From positions 701-64,700 of the forward strand of contig QKEV01000003.1 in NCBI GenBank assembly GCA_003252295.1: a stretch of DNA of 64,000 nt, given 5' to 3'. The notes beneath the pieces were generated by a model, which ran no database searches, was not told where the DNA came from, and saw only the letters and a program-made list of their open reading frames with translations. The DNA comes from a bacterium. GTDB lineage: Bacteria; Patescibacteriota; Minisyncoccia; Phycocordibacterales; UBA12088. Shown here piece after piece: positions 16,247 to 25,548 of this stretch; position 1 is the stretch's first letter; each line of letters starts with the position of its first letter. The position numbers were made by a program, and so were the translations under genes.

Positions 16247-16669
16247 ATGTTGTTACCAAGAAAAACAAAGTACAGGAAGTTGTTCAGAAAGCGAGACTCT
16301 ATTCAGTATCGTCATGCTGCAACACGTGGAACAAAGGTAAACTTTGGTTCATATGGCATGAAGGCTGCTGAGCAAGGACGTATCCGCAGCAACCAGATTG
16401 AGGCAGCTCGACGAACCATGAACCGAGCAATGGGAAAAACAGGTCGTGTTTGGATTCGTATCTTCCCAGATAGACCATATACTCAGAAGGCAGCAGAGGT
16501 AGGTATGGGTAAAGGTAAGGGAGATGTGCAGGCATATGAAGCACCGGTGCTTACAGGACGTGTACTCTTTGAGATTGATGGTGTTGATGAGGCTACTGCA
16601 CGTGAAGCTATTCGAAAGGGTGGTGCAAAGCTTCCGATTAAAACTAAGTTTGTAATTCGAGAAGGATAA
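16247..16669 (+). CDS. rplP: 50S ribosomal protein L16
   Basis: MLLPRKTKYRK...RGTKVNFGSYGMKA is uL16. Confidence 0.95.
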   Translation: MLLPRKTKYRKLFRKRDSIQYRHAATRGTKVNFGSYGMKAAEQGRIRSNQIEAARRTMNRAMGKTGRVWIRIFPDRPYTQKAAEVGMGKGKGDVQAYEAPVLTGRVLFEIDGVDEATAREAIRKGGAKLPIKTKFVIREG

Positions 16670-16670
16670 T

Positions 16671-16916
16671 ATGGCTAAGAAGGAAACATTTACAAATAAA
16701 GATGAAAAGGAACTCAAGAAGATCCTCGCTGAGAAGCGGGAGGCATTACGAGATTTCCGTTTCAATATGAAGGGTAGTCGTGTGCGAAATACCAAAGAGG
16801 GTTCAGCATTTCGAAAAGATATTGCACGCATCCTTCAGGTACTTGCTGCAAATGAAAAGAAAGTTCAGAATGAGGTTTCTACCACAGATGAACAAGAAAA
16901 AAGTCAAAATAAATAA
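16671..16916 (+). CDS. rpmC: 50S ribosomal protein L29
   Basis: MAKKETFTNKDEKELKKILAEKREALRDFRF is uL29. Confidence 0.9.
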   Translation: MAKKETFTNKDEKELKKILAEKREALRDFRFNMKGSRVRNTKEGSAFRKDIARILQVLAANEKKVQNEVSTTDEQEKSQNK

Positions 16917-16921
16917 CACGT

Positions 16922-17179
16922 ATGAGTAAAGAAGAGACAACAGTAGTAAAGAAGAGAAGGGAGCTGCGAGGTGTAGTTGTATCAGACAAGATGCAGGACA
17001 CCGTAGTAGTTGCGGTAACACGTTTTGTTAAGCACCCTAAGTACCGCAAGTTCATCAAGCGTGTTAAGAAATTCCATGCACATAACCCTGAGAACAAGGT
17101 GAAGGCAGGAGACAAGGTAACCATTCGAGAATGCAAACCAATTAGTAAGACCAAACGTTTTGAAGTAGTAAACGACTAA
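16922..17179 (+). CDS. rpsQ: 30S ribosomal protein S17
   Basis: RRELRGVVVSDKMQDTVVVAVTRFVKHPKYRKFIKR is uS17. Confidence 0.93.
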   Translation: MSKEETTVVKKRRELRGVVVSDKMQDTVVVAVTRFVKHPKYRKFIKRVKKFHAHNPENKVKAGDKVTIRECKPISKTKRFEVVND

Positions 17180-17190
17180 GTTAATTCAGT

Positions 17191-17562
17191 ATGATACAGC
17201 CACAGTCCATAGTAAAAATAGCAGACAATACGGGAGCCAAGATCGGACGTGTCTTCAAGGTGCTCGGAGGATCAAAGAGGCGTTACGCACGTGTAGGAGA
17301 CTTGGTGGTTATTTCTGTACAGGTTGCTGAGCCACGAAAAATGGTAAAGAAGAAGGACGTGCTTCATGCAGTTGTTGTTCGCTCTAAGCAGCCAACCCGA
17401 CGTGCAGATGGTTCATACATTAAGTTTGATGAGAATGCTGTCGTGATTGTAGACAAGGATAAGAAAGAGCCAAAGGCTAACAGAGTATTTGGTCCTATTC
17501 CACGAGAGGTTTCTGAAGCAGGTTACCAGCGTATTGCCTCAATGGCACCAGAAGTACTATAG
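17191..17562 (+). CDS. rplN: 50S ribosomal protein L14
   Basis: [21 protein letters not shown] is uL14. Confidence 0.95.
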   Translation: MIQPQSIVKIADNTGAKIGRVFKVLGGSKRRYARVGDLVVISVQVAEPRKMVKKKDVLHAVVVRSKQPTRRADGSYIKFDENAVVIVDKDKKEPKANRVFGPIPREVSEAGYQRIASMAPEVL

Positions 17563-17566
17563 AACT

Positions 17567-17884
17567 ATGAAGATTCACAAAGACGACAAGGTAATGATTA
17601 TCGCTGGTAAAGATAAGGGGAAGACCGGTAAGGTGCTCCGAGCTCTACCACGTGAGGATATGGTTATCGTAGAGGGTATGAACATCCAGAAGCGACACCA
17701 GAAGACCAAGAAGAACACGAAGCAGGGTGGAGGACTCGTGGATGTATCAGCACCTATCCATGTTTCAAATGTTCAGCTTATTGATCCAAAGACCAGTAAG
17801 CCAACACGAGTCGGTGTAGTGAAGGATGATGCGGGAAAGAAGAATGTTCGTGTAGCAAAGAAGAGTGGTACTAAACTTAAGTAA
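17567..17884 (+). CDS. rplX: 50S ribosomal protein L24
   Basis: [24 protein letters not shown] carries the uL24 KOW motif. Start Met lies just after the rplN stop. The ORF track begins earlier, in overlap. Confidence 0.93.
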   Translation: MKIHKDDKVMIIAGKDKGKTGKVLRALPREDMVIVEGMNIQKRHQKTKKNTKQGGGLVDVSAPIHVSNVQLIDPKTSKPTRVGVVKDDAGKKNVRVAKKSGTKLK

Positions 17885-17890
17885 AAAATT

Positions 17891-18454
17891 ATGCAGACAT
17901 ATTCAGAAAAGATAGCTTCAGTATTTGAGACCTTACAGGGTGATTTTGGATACACCAACAAGATGCAGGCTCCAAAGATTGAGAAGATTGTGATTTCAAC
18001 CGGTATTGGTAAGATTGCTGATGCAAAAAAGATTGAGCTCATCCAAGACAGGATGGCAAAGTTCACTGGTCAGAAGAGTGCTGCACGTCCTGCTCGAGTG
18101 AGTATCGCAAGCTTTAAGCTTCGTGAGGGTGACATTGTTGGTTACCAGACAACACTTCGCGGTGACCGTATGCAGGACTTTTTCGAGAAGTTGGTGCATG
18201 TTGCACTTCCTCGAATGCGTGACTTCCGTGGTCTGAAGCCAACAGCTATTGATGAGCTTGGTAACATCACGATTGGCATTCCAGAGCACACTATTTTCCC
18301 AGAGACTTCAGACGAGGATCAGCAGAACGTGTTCGGTATCGCTATCACTATCGTTACCACCGCAAAGACCAAGAAAGAGGCAGAAGCGTTCCTTCGCCAC
18401 ATGGGGGTACCGCTCAAGGTGATGGAAGAAGTGCAAAAGAAAAAGAAGGCGTAA
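17891..18454 (+). CDS. rplE: 50S ribosomal protein L5
   Basis: KIEKIVISTGIG...GYQTTLRGDRMQDFFEKL is uL5. Confidence 0.95.
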   Translation: MQTYSEKIASVFETLQGDFGYTNKMQAPKIEKIVISTGIGKIADAKKIELIQDRMAKFTGQKSAARPARVSIASFKLREGDIVGYQTTLRGDRMQDFFEKLVHVALPRMRDFRGLKPTAIDELGNITIGIPEHTIFPETSDEDQQNVFGIAITIVTTAKTKKEAEAFLRHMGVPLKVMEEVQKKKKA

Positions 18455-18466
18455 ACTCATTTTTTT

Positions 18467-18495
18467 AAACAAAACAATAACCACCCGAAAGGGTG
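18467..18495 (+). terminator. intrinsic terminator after rplE
   Basis: aACCACCCgaaaGGGTGGTTatttatg: perfect 8-bp stem with a GAAA loop, then a T-rich stretch. Confidence 0.75.
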
Positions 18496-18601
18496 GTTAT
18501 TTATGTATCGAACTGCTAGTGGTGATGTAGACAGATTAAATTTATACTGTACTGTAGCAAACAGGAGAGCTGAAACATAACAATAATCAGGAGGAGTCGC
18601 T

Positions 18602-18892
18602 ATGATACATGGGATATCGTATGTACATAATGAACCTGAAACAAAGTTTCAAGCATGGAGGGATTTTGTTCTTACGGTCGTGGGTTTCTTCATACTTCAA
18701 TTGTACATTTTGGGAATATTTTCCAATGGTATCATTATGTTGCTGAAGCTTGATACCAATCCAAACATGACAGTTGGAGTCGCTTGTTTGTTGGTACTAA
18801 TCGGTTTTTTCGGTTCATTTATTTGGCCATTACTCTTTTGGGCTGAAATTAAAAGATCTTTTCGTGTTACACAAAATTTTTCAAAAGTTTGA
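18602..18892 (+). CDS. hypothetical small membrane protein
   Basis: 96-aa ORF with two or three hydrophobic helices, followed by a strong terminator. Sits inside the r-protein operon insertion. Confidence 0.4.
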   Translation: MIHGISYVHNEPETKFQAWRDFVLTVVGFFILQLYILGIFSNGIIMLLKLDTNPNMTVGVACLLVLIGFFGSFIWPLLFWAEIKRSFRVTQNFSKV

Positions 18893-18901
18893 TTATCGTG
18901 C

Positions 18902-18941
18902 CCCCTTAGAGACAAGTCTCTGAGGGGGTGTATGTTTTTGT
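18902..18941 (+). terminator. intrinsic terminator
   Basis: CCCCCttAGAGACaaGTCTCTgaGGGGG hairpin followed by tgtatgttttt. Confidence 0.75.
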
Positions 18942-19182
18942 CTAATTTGTACAAGTTACATGGTATCGATGCTGTATAATAATGACATCATGGTTATTGA
19001 TATTGAATTGACGCTCAATAGGTTTGGTTTTGGAAAGATTGCTGAGAATAAGTTTCAGCTTCTCTTTTTACGTTTTTCACACTGGAACATACCGGGCAAG
19101 TACTCGGTTTCTTTTGAGGTAAACTGGCGAAGTGAGGCACTACAGTAATCTATTGTGTGAAAGGATCCTTTGTATACAGGTT

Positions 19183-19215
19183 AAGCCACCCCCTTGGGGG
19201 TGGCTTTGTTTCTTC
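19183..19215 (+). terminator. intrinsic terminator-like hairpin
   Basis: AAGCCACCCCCttgGGGGGTGGCTT followed by tgtttcttc. Confidence 0.6.
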
Positions 19216-19228
19216 AGTTAAAAGAGTA

Positions 19229-19489
19229 TTAGTGGGTGCCATGAACATCTTTTGTTAGTATGGCGATTTCTTGAAGAGGTATTTCAAGTGTTTTGTATAC
19301 CTCCTGAATTTCTTCTGCACTGATACTTCCATTGTTAAACAACTTATCTAGTGCTCCAGCAACAAAGTAGCGGGCATAGTACTGCTTGTTTGATTTGATA
19401 TACTCCTCAAGTTTGAGTTGACTTTTCTCGTCAAGATACTTCATTGACAAAATACGTAGCACATCATCACTTACCGTAGTGGTCCTCAT
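19229..19489 (-). CDS. hypothetical protein
   Basis: 86-aa ORF on the minus strand with no motif recognised. Lies within the insertion. Confidence 0.35.
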   Translation of the reverse strand: MRTTTVSDDVLRILSMKYLDEKSQLKLEEYIKSNKQYYARYFVAGALDKLFNNGSISAEEIQEVYKTLEIPLQEIAILTKDVHGTH

Positions 19490-19614
19490 ATAACACCTCC
19501 AAGGTACAGGTTCTCTTTACTGTTGTTTATACAATAGTAACAAAATGTATGCAATGTGAAAGAAAATGGGCGGGTACAACGTATAATAAAGCAGTCAGAA
19601 TTAATAATTTTTTT

Positions 19615-21357
19615 ATGGATATATTTAAGAATACTTGGGTACAGCGTATTGGCGCCTTTTTTATTGCTTTGACCTTTGTAGGTGCAATATACATTTTCTT
19701 CTTTGGAGGTGAAGATGAGACGGTTGCATCTGCAAAAGTGGTACAGACTGTTGACAAGGGAACTGTTTCGACGAGTATAGAAACCACTGGGGAAATAGAA
19801 GCTGCAGAAGTGCTCGATCTCGACGTGTACAAGCTTGCCGAACGTATAGATGCGGTTGGTATAAGTAATGGTGTACATGTAGAAGAAGGTGACCTTCTTT
19901 TTGCGTTTGATCAGAGTGATGTAGACATAGAGATATCAGCATCACAAATAGATGTTGATGAAGCAGAGCTTGCACTTGAAATACAGCAACAGGAGTCCGG
20001 TGACATAAATACCAGTATCACAAGTTTAAAAAATGAGATAGCGTTACTGGAAACAGATCTCGCAGGGTATCCAGATGACAAAAATGACACACTGCGTGAT
20101 TTTTTGAATGAAAATATTGAAGCAGTCTCAAGTGATGATAGGTATGATGTACAAGTAGACAAGACTGCACCAACGATAGGTGGCTATTACAACAGTACAA
20201 TAGAGGGTGAGTATCACATAAAGATATTTGCCTCAAGTGAGGAATCTGGTTACTCATATACTTTGAGTGGTCTTGAAAGTGGTACATACCCAGTCTACCT
20301 CAACACAAAAGTAAATCTTGGGACACGTGGTCTGACTATTACATTCACCTCAACTGACATACGAGCTCGTGATGAGTGGGTAGTGTCTTTACCTAATACA
20401 GGAGCTTCAGAGTATCCAGAGAACCTTAAGGATTACCAAGATGCTATTGAACGAATTGATGAGAGTATTGAGAGTGATACAGTCTCACTTGCAAACAAGA
20501 AGACACAACTTTCTCAGGCTGAGCGTGGTGACACTTCGTTTCAGCGTCAACTTGATGTTGAGAGTGCAAAGCTTGCCGTAAGCCGTGCATATGTGGATCT
20601 TCAGGATAAGGTGGCTGAGCAAGATGAACGGTACATAGTTGCACCATTCTCCGGAACAGTTGTGGGAATGGAGAATGTTGTTGTGGGTGCAACACCCACC
20701 AAGGATAGTGATGATCCGGTAACCTTTGGTTCACTCATTTCTGATGAGTTCCATGCAACATTCTCACTTGGTGCTAGTGATATAGATAAGGTGAGTGTAG
20801 GGCAGAAGGTTGAAGTTACACTCACGTCAGTTTCTGGAAGTGAGCCACTTACTGCAGAGATAGTGGAGGTGAGTTCATTGCCTGACTCAAGTACGGTTGC
20901 ACAGTATGAGGTGAAGGCACTCATTACAGAGGTGCCAGAAGGTATTAACCTTCGTGATGGTCTGCTTGCCGATATTGCCATTATTCAAGAAGAAAAGGAG
21001 GATGTATTGCGAGTACCTTCTTCAGCGGTAACGTATAGCGGCACACAGGCACAGGTTACAGTGCTTGAAGATCTATCAGATACTGAGCTCAAGCAGATAG
21101 AGCGAATGGGTATCCTTCGTGTTACTGATACTTCCACCTTTACCTCGTATGCGAAAGATGTTGAGATTGGTCTCATCGGACAGTACTATGTCGAGATACT
21201 CTCAGGTCTTGAAGAAGGTGATATTATTTCAGTGAGCAGTGTCTCTGTTTCTACAGAAGAGGATACATCAGTAGTCGATGATGCACGTATGGGACCGGGA
21301 GGTGGTGGTGGTAGTCCTCCTGCGGGAGCAGCGGCGATGGGTGCTATGAGAGGATAG
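19615..21357 (+). CDS. efflux membrane-fusion (periplasmic adaptor) protein, HlyD/MacA-like
   Basis: N-terminal TM (IGAFFIALTFVGAIYIFFF), a biotinyl/lipoyl-like hairpin (VHVEEGDLLFAFDQSD), a long coiled coil and a beta-barrel region (VAPFSGTVVGMEN). The operon continues into an ABC ATPase and an FtsX-like permease. Start chosen at Met 19615 (MDIFKNTW). Confidence 0.7.
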   Translation: MDIFKNTWVQRIGAFFIALTFVGAIYIFFFGGEDETVASAKVVQTVDKGTVSTSIETTGEIEAAEVLDLDVYKLAERIDAVGISNGVHVEEGDLLFAFDQSDVDIEISASQIDVDEAELALEIQQQESGDINTSITSLKNEIALLETDLAGYPDDKNDTLRDFLNENIEAVSSDDRYDVQVDKTAPTIGGYYNSTIEGEYHIKIFASSEESGYSYTLSGLESGTYPVYLNTKVNLGTRGLTITFTSTDIRARDEWVVSLPNTGASEYPENLKDYQDAIERIDESIESDTVSLANKKTQLSQAERGDTSFQRQLDVESAKLAVSRAYVDLQDKVAEQDERYIVAPFSGTVVGMENVVVGATPTKDSDDPVTFGSLISDEFHATFSLGASDIDKVSVGQKVEVTLTSVSGSEPLTAEIVEVSSLPDSSTVAQYEVKALITEVPEGINLRDGLLADIAIIQEEKEDVLRVPSSAVTYSGTQAQVTVLEDLSDTELKQIERMGILRVTDTSTFTSYAKDVEIGLIGQYYVEILSGLEEGDIISVSSVSVSTEEDTSVVDDARMGPGGGGGSPPAGAAAMGAMRG

Positions 21358-21358
21358 T

Positions 21359-22054
21359 ATGAACACCGAGACAAACAACATTGTTACCCTTGAACATGTA
21401 CATAAAGAGTTTGTACTCAGTAAAGCGGTTACGGTGAAGGTCCTCAATGATATTAACCTGACCATAAAAGAGGGAGAGCTTGTAGCGATTATTGGTCCGT
21501 CAGGTTCAGGTAAGTCTACCCTTATGAACCTCATTGGTTGTTTAGACACACCGTCAACGGGAACATACCTCTTCAATGGAAAAAATGTCGGTACAATGGA
21601 TGATGATGCACTTGCTGAACTTCGTTCTACTGAAATAAGTTTTATTTTTCAATCATTTCATTTGCTGCAGGGAAAGAGTGTGTACCAGAATGTCATGTTG
21701 CCACTTCAGTACCAACGTACCTTCAAGGGTGATTACAGGGAGAAGGTTGAAAAGGCGCTCAAGGAAGCAGATATGCCTGAAAACAGGTGGAACTATAAAC
21801 CAAACTTACTTTCAGGAGGTCAACGACAAAGAGTAGCAATAGCACGTGCACTTGTCGCGCAACCAAAACTACTTCTTGCTGATGAGCCAACCGGTAACCT
21901 TGATAGTAAAACAGGTGAGAATGTACTGGATGCATTGATCAAACTCAATAGGGAGCATGGTACAACAGTGGTTATCGTGACACATGATAACAGTATCACT
22001 GAAGTGGTTGATAGGACTATTCGAATAGTAGATGGGTTAATACAACAAGATTAG
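21359..22054 (+). CDS. ABC transporter ATP-binding protein (MacB/LolD/FtsE-like)
   Basis: Walker A GPSGSGKST, signature LSGGQRQRVAIARAL and Walker B LLLADEPTGNLD. Confidence 0.88.
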   Translation: MNTETNNIVTLEHVHKEFVLSKAVTVKVLNDINLTIKEGELVAIIGPSGSGKSTLMNLIGCLDTPSTGTYLFNGKNVGTMDDDALAELRSTEISFIFQSFHLLQGKSVYQNVMLPLQYQRTFKGDYREKVEKALKEADMPENRWNYKPNLLSGGQRQRVAIARALVAQPKLLLADEPTGNLDSKTGENVLDALIKLNREHGTTVVIVTHDNSITEVVDRTIRIVDGLIQQD

Positions 22055-22160
22055 TACCTGTCCCGTTAGAAATTATTGATTACTCGCAAGAACAAGTAAT
22101 AGAGATTAAAAACGGGGTTTATACAATAAAAATAATTATTAGAGGATAATTTCTAATGGG

Positions 22161-23342
22161 ATGAAACTGAGACATATAGTACAGGAAGGTGGGCAAGCAC
22201 TACATGCAAACAAGCTCCGTAGTGCGCTCACAATCATAGGTATCGTTGTTGGTATCTTTGCGGTAACTGCCATGTTAGCACTTGGTGAAGGTCTTTCGCA
22301 GAACATTGAAGACAGGATCAGCTCTATGTCCTCAGGAGATATTTCTGTGCAAGGTGATCTTACTATGACTGATTTTGAATGGATACGAAGTCAGTTGTAC
22401 ACAGAGGATGTGGTTGCTACATTGAGTTCGAGTAATCCTACAGTCATTATTTCTGGAACAGAGTACAGTGTCTCTGTTTCAAGTCCATTTGGTGATTATT
22501 TAGACGCTAATGATCTTGATATTACGAAGGGTGAAGTGTATGACTTCAATGATCCGGAGTATGAAGAGAAAGTGGTTATTGTGAGCTCTAGTCTTGAGGA
22601 TGCTGTTGTTGAAGATGGGGGACAGAGTATTTTAAATCAGAAGATTTCTATTGGTGGGTTGCAGTACACAGTGATCGGTATCTTCGAGGAGAGTAGTTCT
22701 GGTTTCATGAGGAATGATGGCACGGCTTACATACCGTACAAGGCAGCGGTGGGTAATGTTTCCAATACGAGCAACTTTAGTAGTATGGCAGTATACCTCG
22801 TTGATTCTTCGTACTATGAGATAGCAGGAAAGCATATACTTGAGGGGTTGAATGCCTCACGACACCTCTCCCTTGATAGTGAGGACCTTTTCAGTGTTTC
22901 AACTGCACAATCTATGATTGAGTCGGTACAGGAAACTTCAGCTATGATTAGTCTCTTCCTTGGTGTGGTAGGAGGTATTGCACTCTTTGTAGGAGGTATC
23001 GGCACCATGAACATGATGCTCACATCGGTTACTGAACGTACAAAAGAAATTGGGCTCAGGAAAGCGATTGGTGCACGAAACAGAGATATTCTCCTGCAGA
23101 TACTCGCAGAGTCAGTGTTCCTTACTATGATAGGAGGCATCATTGGTATTCTCATTACTTATATTGTTTCAATAGTGGCAAACAAAATGCTTGGAGATTC
23201 AAGCACGCTCTCACTTGTAGTATCTAGTGGTGTGGTTATCTTTGCTACATCAGTAGCCATTGCTGTGGGTGTCATCTTTGGACTCTACCCAGCGCGTAAT
23301 GCGAGTAAGCTCCAGCCTGTGGATGCATTAAGAACAGAGTAA
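22161..23342 (+). CDS. ABC transporter permease, FtsX/MacB-like
   Basis: N-terminal TM, a large periplasmic domain and a C-terminal 3-TM FtsX-like domain (GLRKAIGARNRDILLQILAESVFLTMIGGIIG). Confidence 0.8.
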   Translation: MKLRHIVQEGGQALHANKLRSALTIIGIVVGIFAVTAMLALGEGLSQNIEDRISSMSSGDISVQGDLTMTDFEWIRSQLYTEDVVATLSSSNPTVIISGTEYSVSVSSPFGDYLDANDLDITKGEVYDFNDPEYEEKVVIVSSSLEDAVVEDGGQSILNQKISIGGLQYTVIGIFEESSSGFMRNDGTAYIPYKAAVGNVSNTSNFSSMAVYLVDSSYYEIAGKHILEGLNASRHLSLDSEDLFSVSTAQSMIESVQETSAMISLFLGVVGGIALFVGGIGTMNMMLTSVTERTKEIGLRKAIGARNRDILLQILAESVFLTMIGGIIGILITYIVSIVANKMLGDSSTLSLVVSSGVVIFATSVAIAVGVIFGLYPARNASKLQPVDALRTE

Positions 23343-23385
23343 AACAAATGCACCCCGCAGAGACTTCTCTGCGGGGGTAAGTAGT
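23343..23385. terminator. bidirectional terminator between convergent genes
   Basis: taaaacaaatgcaCCCCGCAGAGActtcTCTCTGCGGGGgtaagtag: perfect 11-bp stem with A-rich upstream and T-rich downstream flanks on both strands. Confidence 0.75.
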
Positions 23386-23391
23386 TTGTAC

Positions 23392-23826
23392 TCATGCCTC
23401 AATTGTCTTTGCAATATGCACCCATGCATCAAACACGATGTCAGGAAGATCCTGTCTTCCATCAAGCAGTGCCACGTATGCCCAGGTAGGAAGCTTCTCA
23501 ACATTAAGGGTTTGAATAGCATTCACCATTGCTTCTTCGATCCACTGTTCCAAGTTGCCACTACCTGCTGCATTCTCCCACATGTTCAAGAGCTGTAGGT
23601 AGGTGAAAGGTCTGGTGTGATGTATATCCCTACACATTACGAGAAGTTTTTCTTCGATGGTTTCTATGTCCCACTCATCTCTGAATAGTATCTTTTGTAT
23701 CTGTAATACTGTTTCAAGATCGTCTATGGTATTGCATTTACCAAGTATTGTTTCCAAATCTTCTTCTTTGAGCTCAGAAGTTGGTTCCAAGAAGTAGCTT
23801 GCAAGTTTTCGTTTCAGTGTTTCCAT
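23392..23826 (-). CDS. hypothetical acidic cytoplasmic protein (144 aa)
   Basis: Start chosen at Met of METLKRKL because a GGAGG sits 5 nt upstream on the minus strand (plus-strand acctcc at 23831-23836). The ORF track extends to a TTG at 23883. No domain recognised. Confidence 0.45.
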   Translation of the reverse strand: METLKRKLASYFLEPTSELKEEDLETILGKCNTIDDLETVLQIQKILFRDEWDIETIEEKLLVMCRDIHHTRPFTYLQLLNMWENAAGSGNLEQWIEEAMVNAIQTLNVEKLPTWAYVALLDGRQDLPDIVFDAWVHIAKTIEA

Positions 23827-23923
23827 AAATACCTCCATTGTAGTGTTTAGAGATGTACTTCGGTTTCTCATTGCAGAATACAATATGTACTTACATAAGC
23901 AATATATGGCAGTCTGAAAACAT

Positions 23924-23952
23924 TTGACAAAGTAAACGCAAACTGCTACTAT
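23924..23952 (+). promoter_or_regulatory. sigma70-like promoter for rpsZ-secY half-operon
   Basis: TTGACA, a 17-nt spacer (aagtaaacgcaaactgc), then TACTAT. Sits ~105 nt upstream of rpsZ. Confidence 0.5.
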
Positions 23953-24057
23953 GCCTCAACGTTTGGAATATACCCAGCGTAAACGGTAGAGAAAAGTCAC
24001 TTTGATACTCTCTCTACGCGTGATGCTCCTCGGGGCATTTTATATTTGCAAAAAGTT

Positions 24058-24243
24058 ATGGCAAAAAAATCAGTAATAGCAAGATCACAAAAAAAACCAA
24101 AATTCGAAACACGTAAGGTGAATCGATGTTTTCGTTGTGGTCGTGGAAAGGGGTTCATGCGAGATTTTGATCTCTGCCGAATCTGTTTCCGTGAATTAGC
24201 AAACGAAGGCCATATTCCTGGTATTAGAAAGAGCTCTTGGTAG
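24058..24243 (+). CDS. rpsZ: 30S ribosomal protein S14 type Z (zinc-ribbon form)
   Basis: MAKKSVIARSQKKPKF...CFRCGRGKGFMRDFDLCRICFRE carries C-x2-C...C-x2-C. It is 61 aa long. Confidence 0.93.
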   Translation: MAKKSVIARSQKKPKFETRKVNRCFRCGRGKGFMRDFDLCRICFRELANEGHIPGIRKSSW

Positions 24244-24247
24244 ACCT

Positions 24248-24643
24248 ATGACGACAGATCCTATTTCAGACATGATAATTCGCATCAAGAACGCCTCAAT
24301 GGCGGGTAAAGATGTGGTTTCCATGCCTCAATCAAAAATAAAAGTTGCTATTGCAGAAAAGCTAAAAGAGCGTGGTATCGTGAGTGATATTGCAACTCGA
24401 GGCAAGAATATTGATAAAACTATTGAACTCACACTCACTCGCAATGAGCGTGGTGTATACAAGTTCCGCGATGTAAAGCGTGTTTCAAAGCCAGGATGCC
24501 GTGTGTACTTCAGTGTGCATGACATTCGTCCTGTAATGGGTGGTTCTGGAGCACTTGTTATCTCTACACCAAAGGGTGTTCTCTTTGGCGACGAGGCACG
24601 TAAGGAAAAAGTAGGAGGTGAACCCCTCTTTGAAATTTGGTAA
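24248..24643 (+). CDS. rpsH: 30S ribosomal protein S8
   Basis: DPISDMIIRIKNASMAGKDVV is uS8. Confidence 0.95.
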   Translation: MTTDPISDMIIRIKNASMAGKDVVSMPQSKIKVAIAEKLKERGIVSDIATRGKNIDKTIELTLTRNERGVYKFRDVKRVSKPGCRVYFSVHDIRPVMGGSGALVISTPKGVLFGDEARKEKVGGEPLFEIW

Positions 24644-24649
24644 AGGCAT

Positions 24650-25183
24650 ATGAGTCGTATAGGAAAAAAACCAATAGAACTACCAGCAAAAACAGAAGTT
24701 TCTGTGGCGGATGGGGTACTCACTGTAAAGGGCCCGCTTGGTACACTTACAAAAGATATACATCCATACGTGGAGGTAGAGGTGAAAGATGGTAAGGTGA
24801 CTGTTACACCAAAGAATGAGACTCGTCTTGCACAGGCACTCTGGGGAACCTTTGCTTCACATGCAAGTAATATGATTGCTGGTGTGAACAAGGAGTACTC
24901 AAAGAAGCTTATTCTTGATGGTGTAGGTTATCGAATGGCGGTGCAGGGTAACGACCTTGTATTGAATATTGGTTTCTCACATCAGGTACACATGGCTATT
25001 CCATCTGGTATTACAGCAACGGTAGAAAAGAATGAGTTGACTATTGCAGGTATTGATAAGGATGTGGTTGGACAATTTTCAGCAAACATTCGTGCAAAGA
25101 AAAAGCCAGAACCATACAAAGGTAAGGGCTTCCATTACAGCGATGAGGTTATTATCCGTAAGCAGGGTAAGAAAGCAGTATAG
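24650..25183 (+). CDS. rplF: 50S ribosomal protein L6
   Basis: MSRIGKKPIELPAKTEVSV...VKGPLGTL is uL6. Confidence 0.95.
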   Translation: MSRIGKKPIELPAKTEVSVADGVLTVKGPLGTLTKDIHPYVEVEVKDGKVTVTPKNETRLAQALWGTFASHASNMIAGVNKEYSKKLILDGVGYRMAVQGNDLVLNIGFSHQVHMAIPSGITATVEKNELTIAGIDKDVVGQFSANIRAKKKPEPYKGKGFHYSDEVIIRKQGKKAV

Positions 25184-25189
25184 TAGCGT

Positions 25190-25537
25190 ATGAATAAAGT
25201 ATCTAAAAAACAGCAGAGGACACAACGACACAACCGTATTCGTGCACGCATTATTGGTACAAAAGAACGTCCACGACTTTGTGTGTTTCGTTCAAACCGT
25301 TTTCTCTATGGACAGCTCATTGATGATGAGAATGGTGTAACACTTGCTGCAATTGACACAAAGAAGATAACAGGAGCGACTCCACGTGAACGTGCAGCAA
25401 AAGCAGGAGCTGCTATTGCTGAGGCAGGAAAGAAAGCAGGGGTAGAGAAGGTGGTGTTTGACCGTGGAGGTTTCCTCTTTATAGGAGCTATTAAGGAGTT
25501 CGCAGACAGTGCAAGAAGCGCAGGTCTACAGTTTTAA
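25190..25537 (+). CDS. rplR: 50S ribosomal protein L18
   Basis: RLCVFRSNRFLYGQLIDDENGVTLAAIDT is uL18. Confidence 0.93.
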   Translation: MNKVSKKQQRTQRHNRIRARIIGTKERPRLCVFRSNRFLYGQLIDDENGVTLAAIDTKKITGATPRERAAKAGAAIAEAGKKAGVEKVVFDRGGFLFIGAIKEFADSARSAGLQF

Positions 25538-25548
25538 TAAAAAGAGTC

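Noticed and set aside
19549-19614. Longer N-terminus (MQCERKWAGTTYNKAVRINNFF) for the MacA-like adaptor
   Set aside because: Those residues overlap the upstream promoter/terminator region and are non-hydrophobic. Met 19615 directly precedes the TM helix and is the more plausible start.
24328-24891. 187-aa minus-strand ORF
   Set aside because: Antisense to rpsH and rplF.
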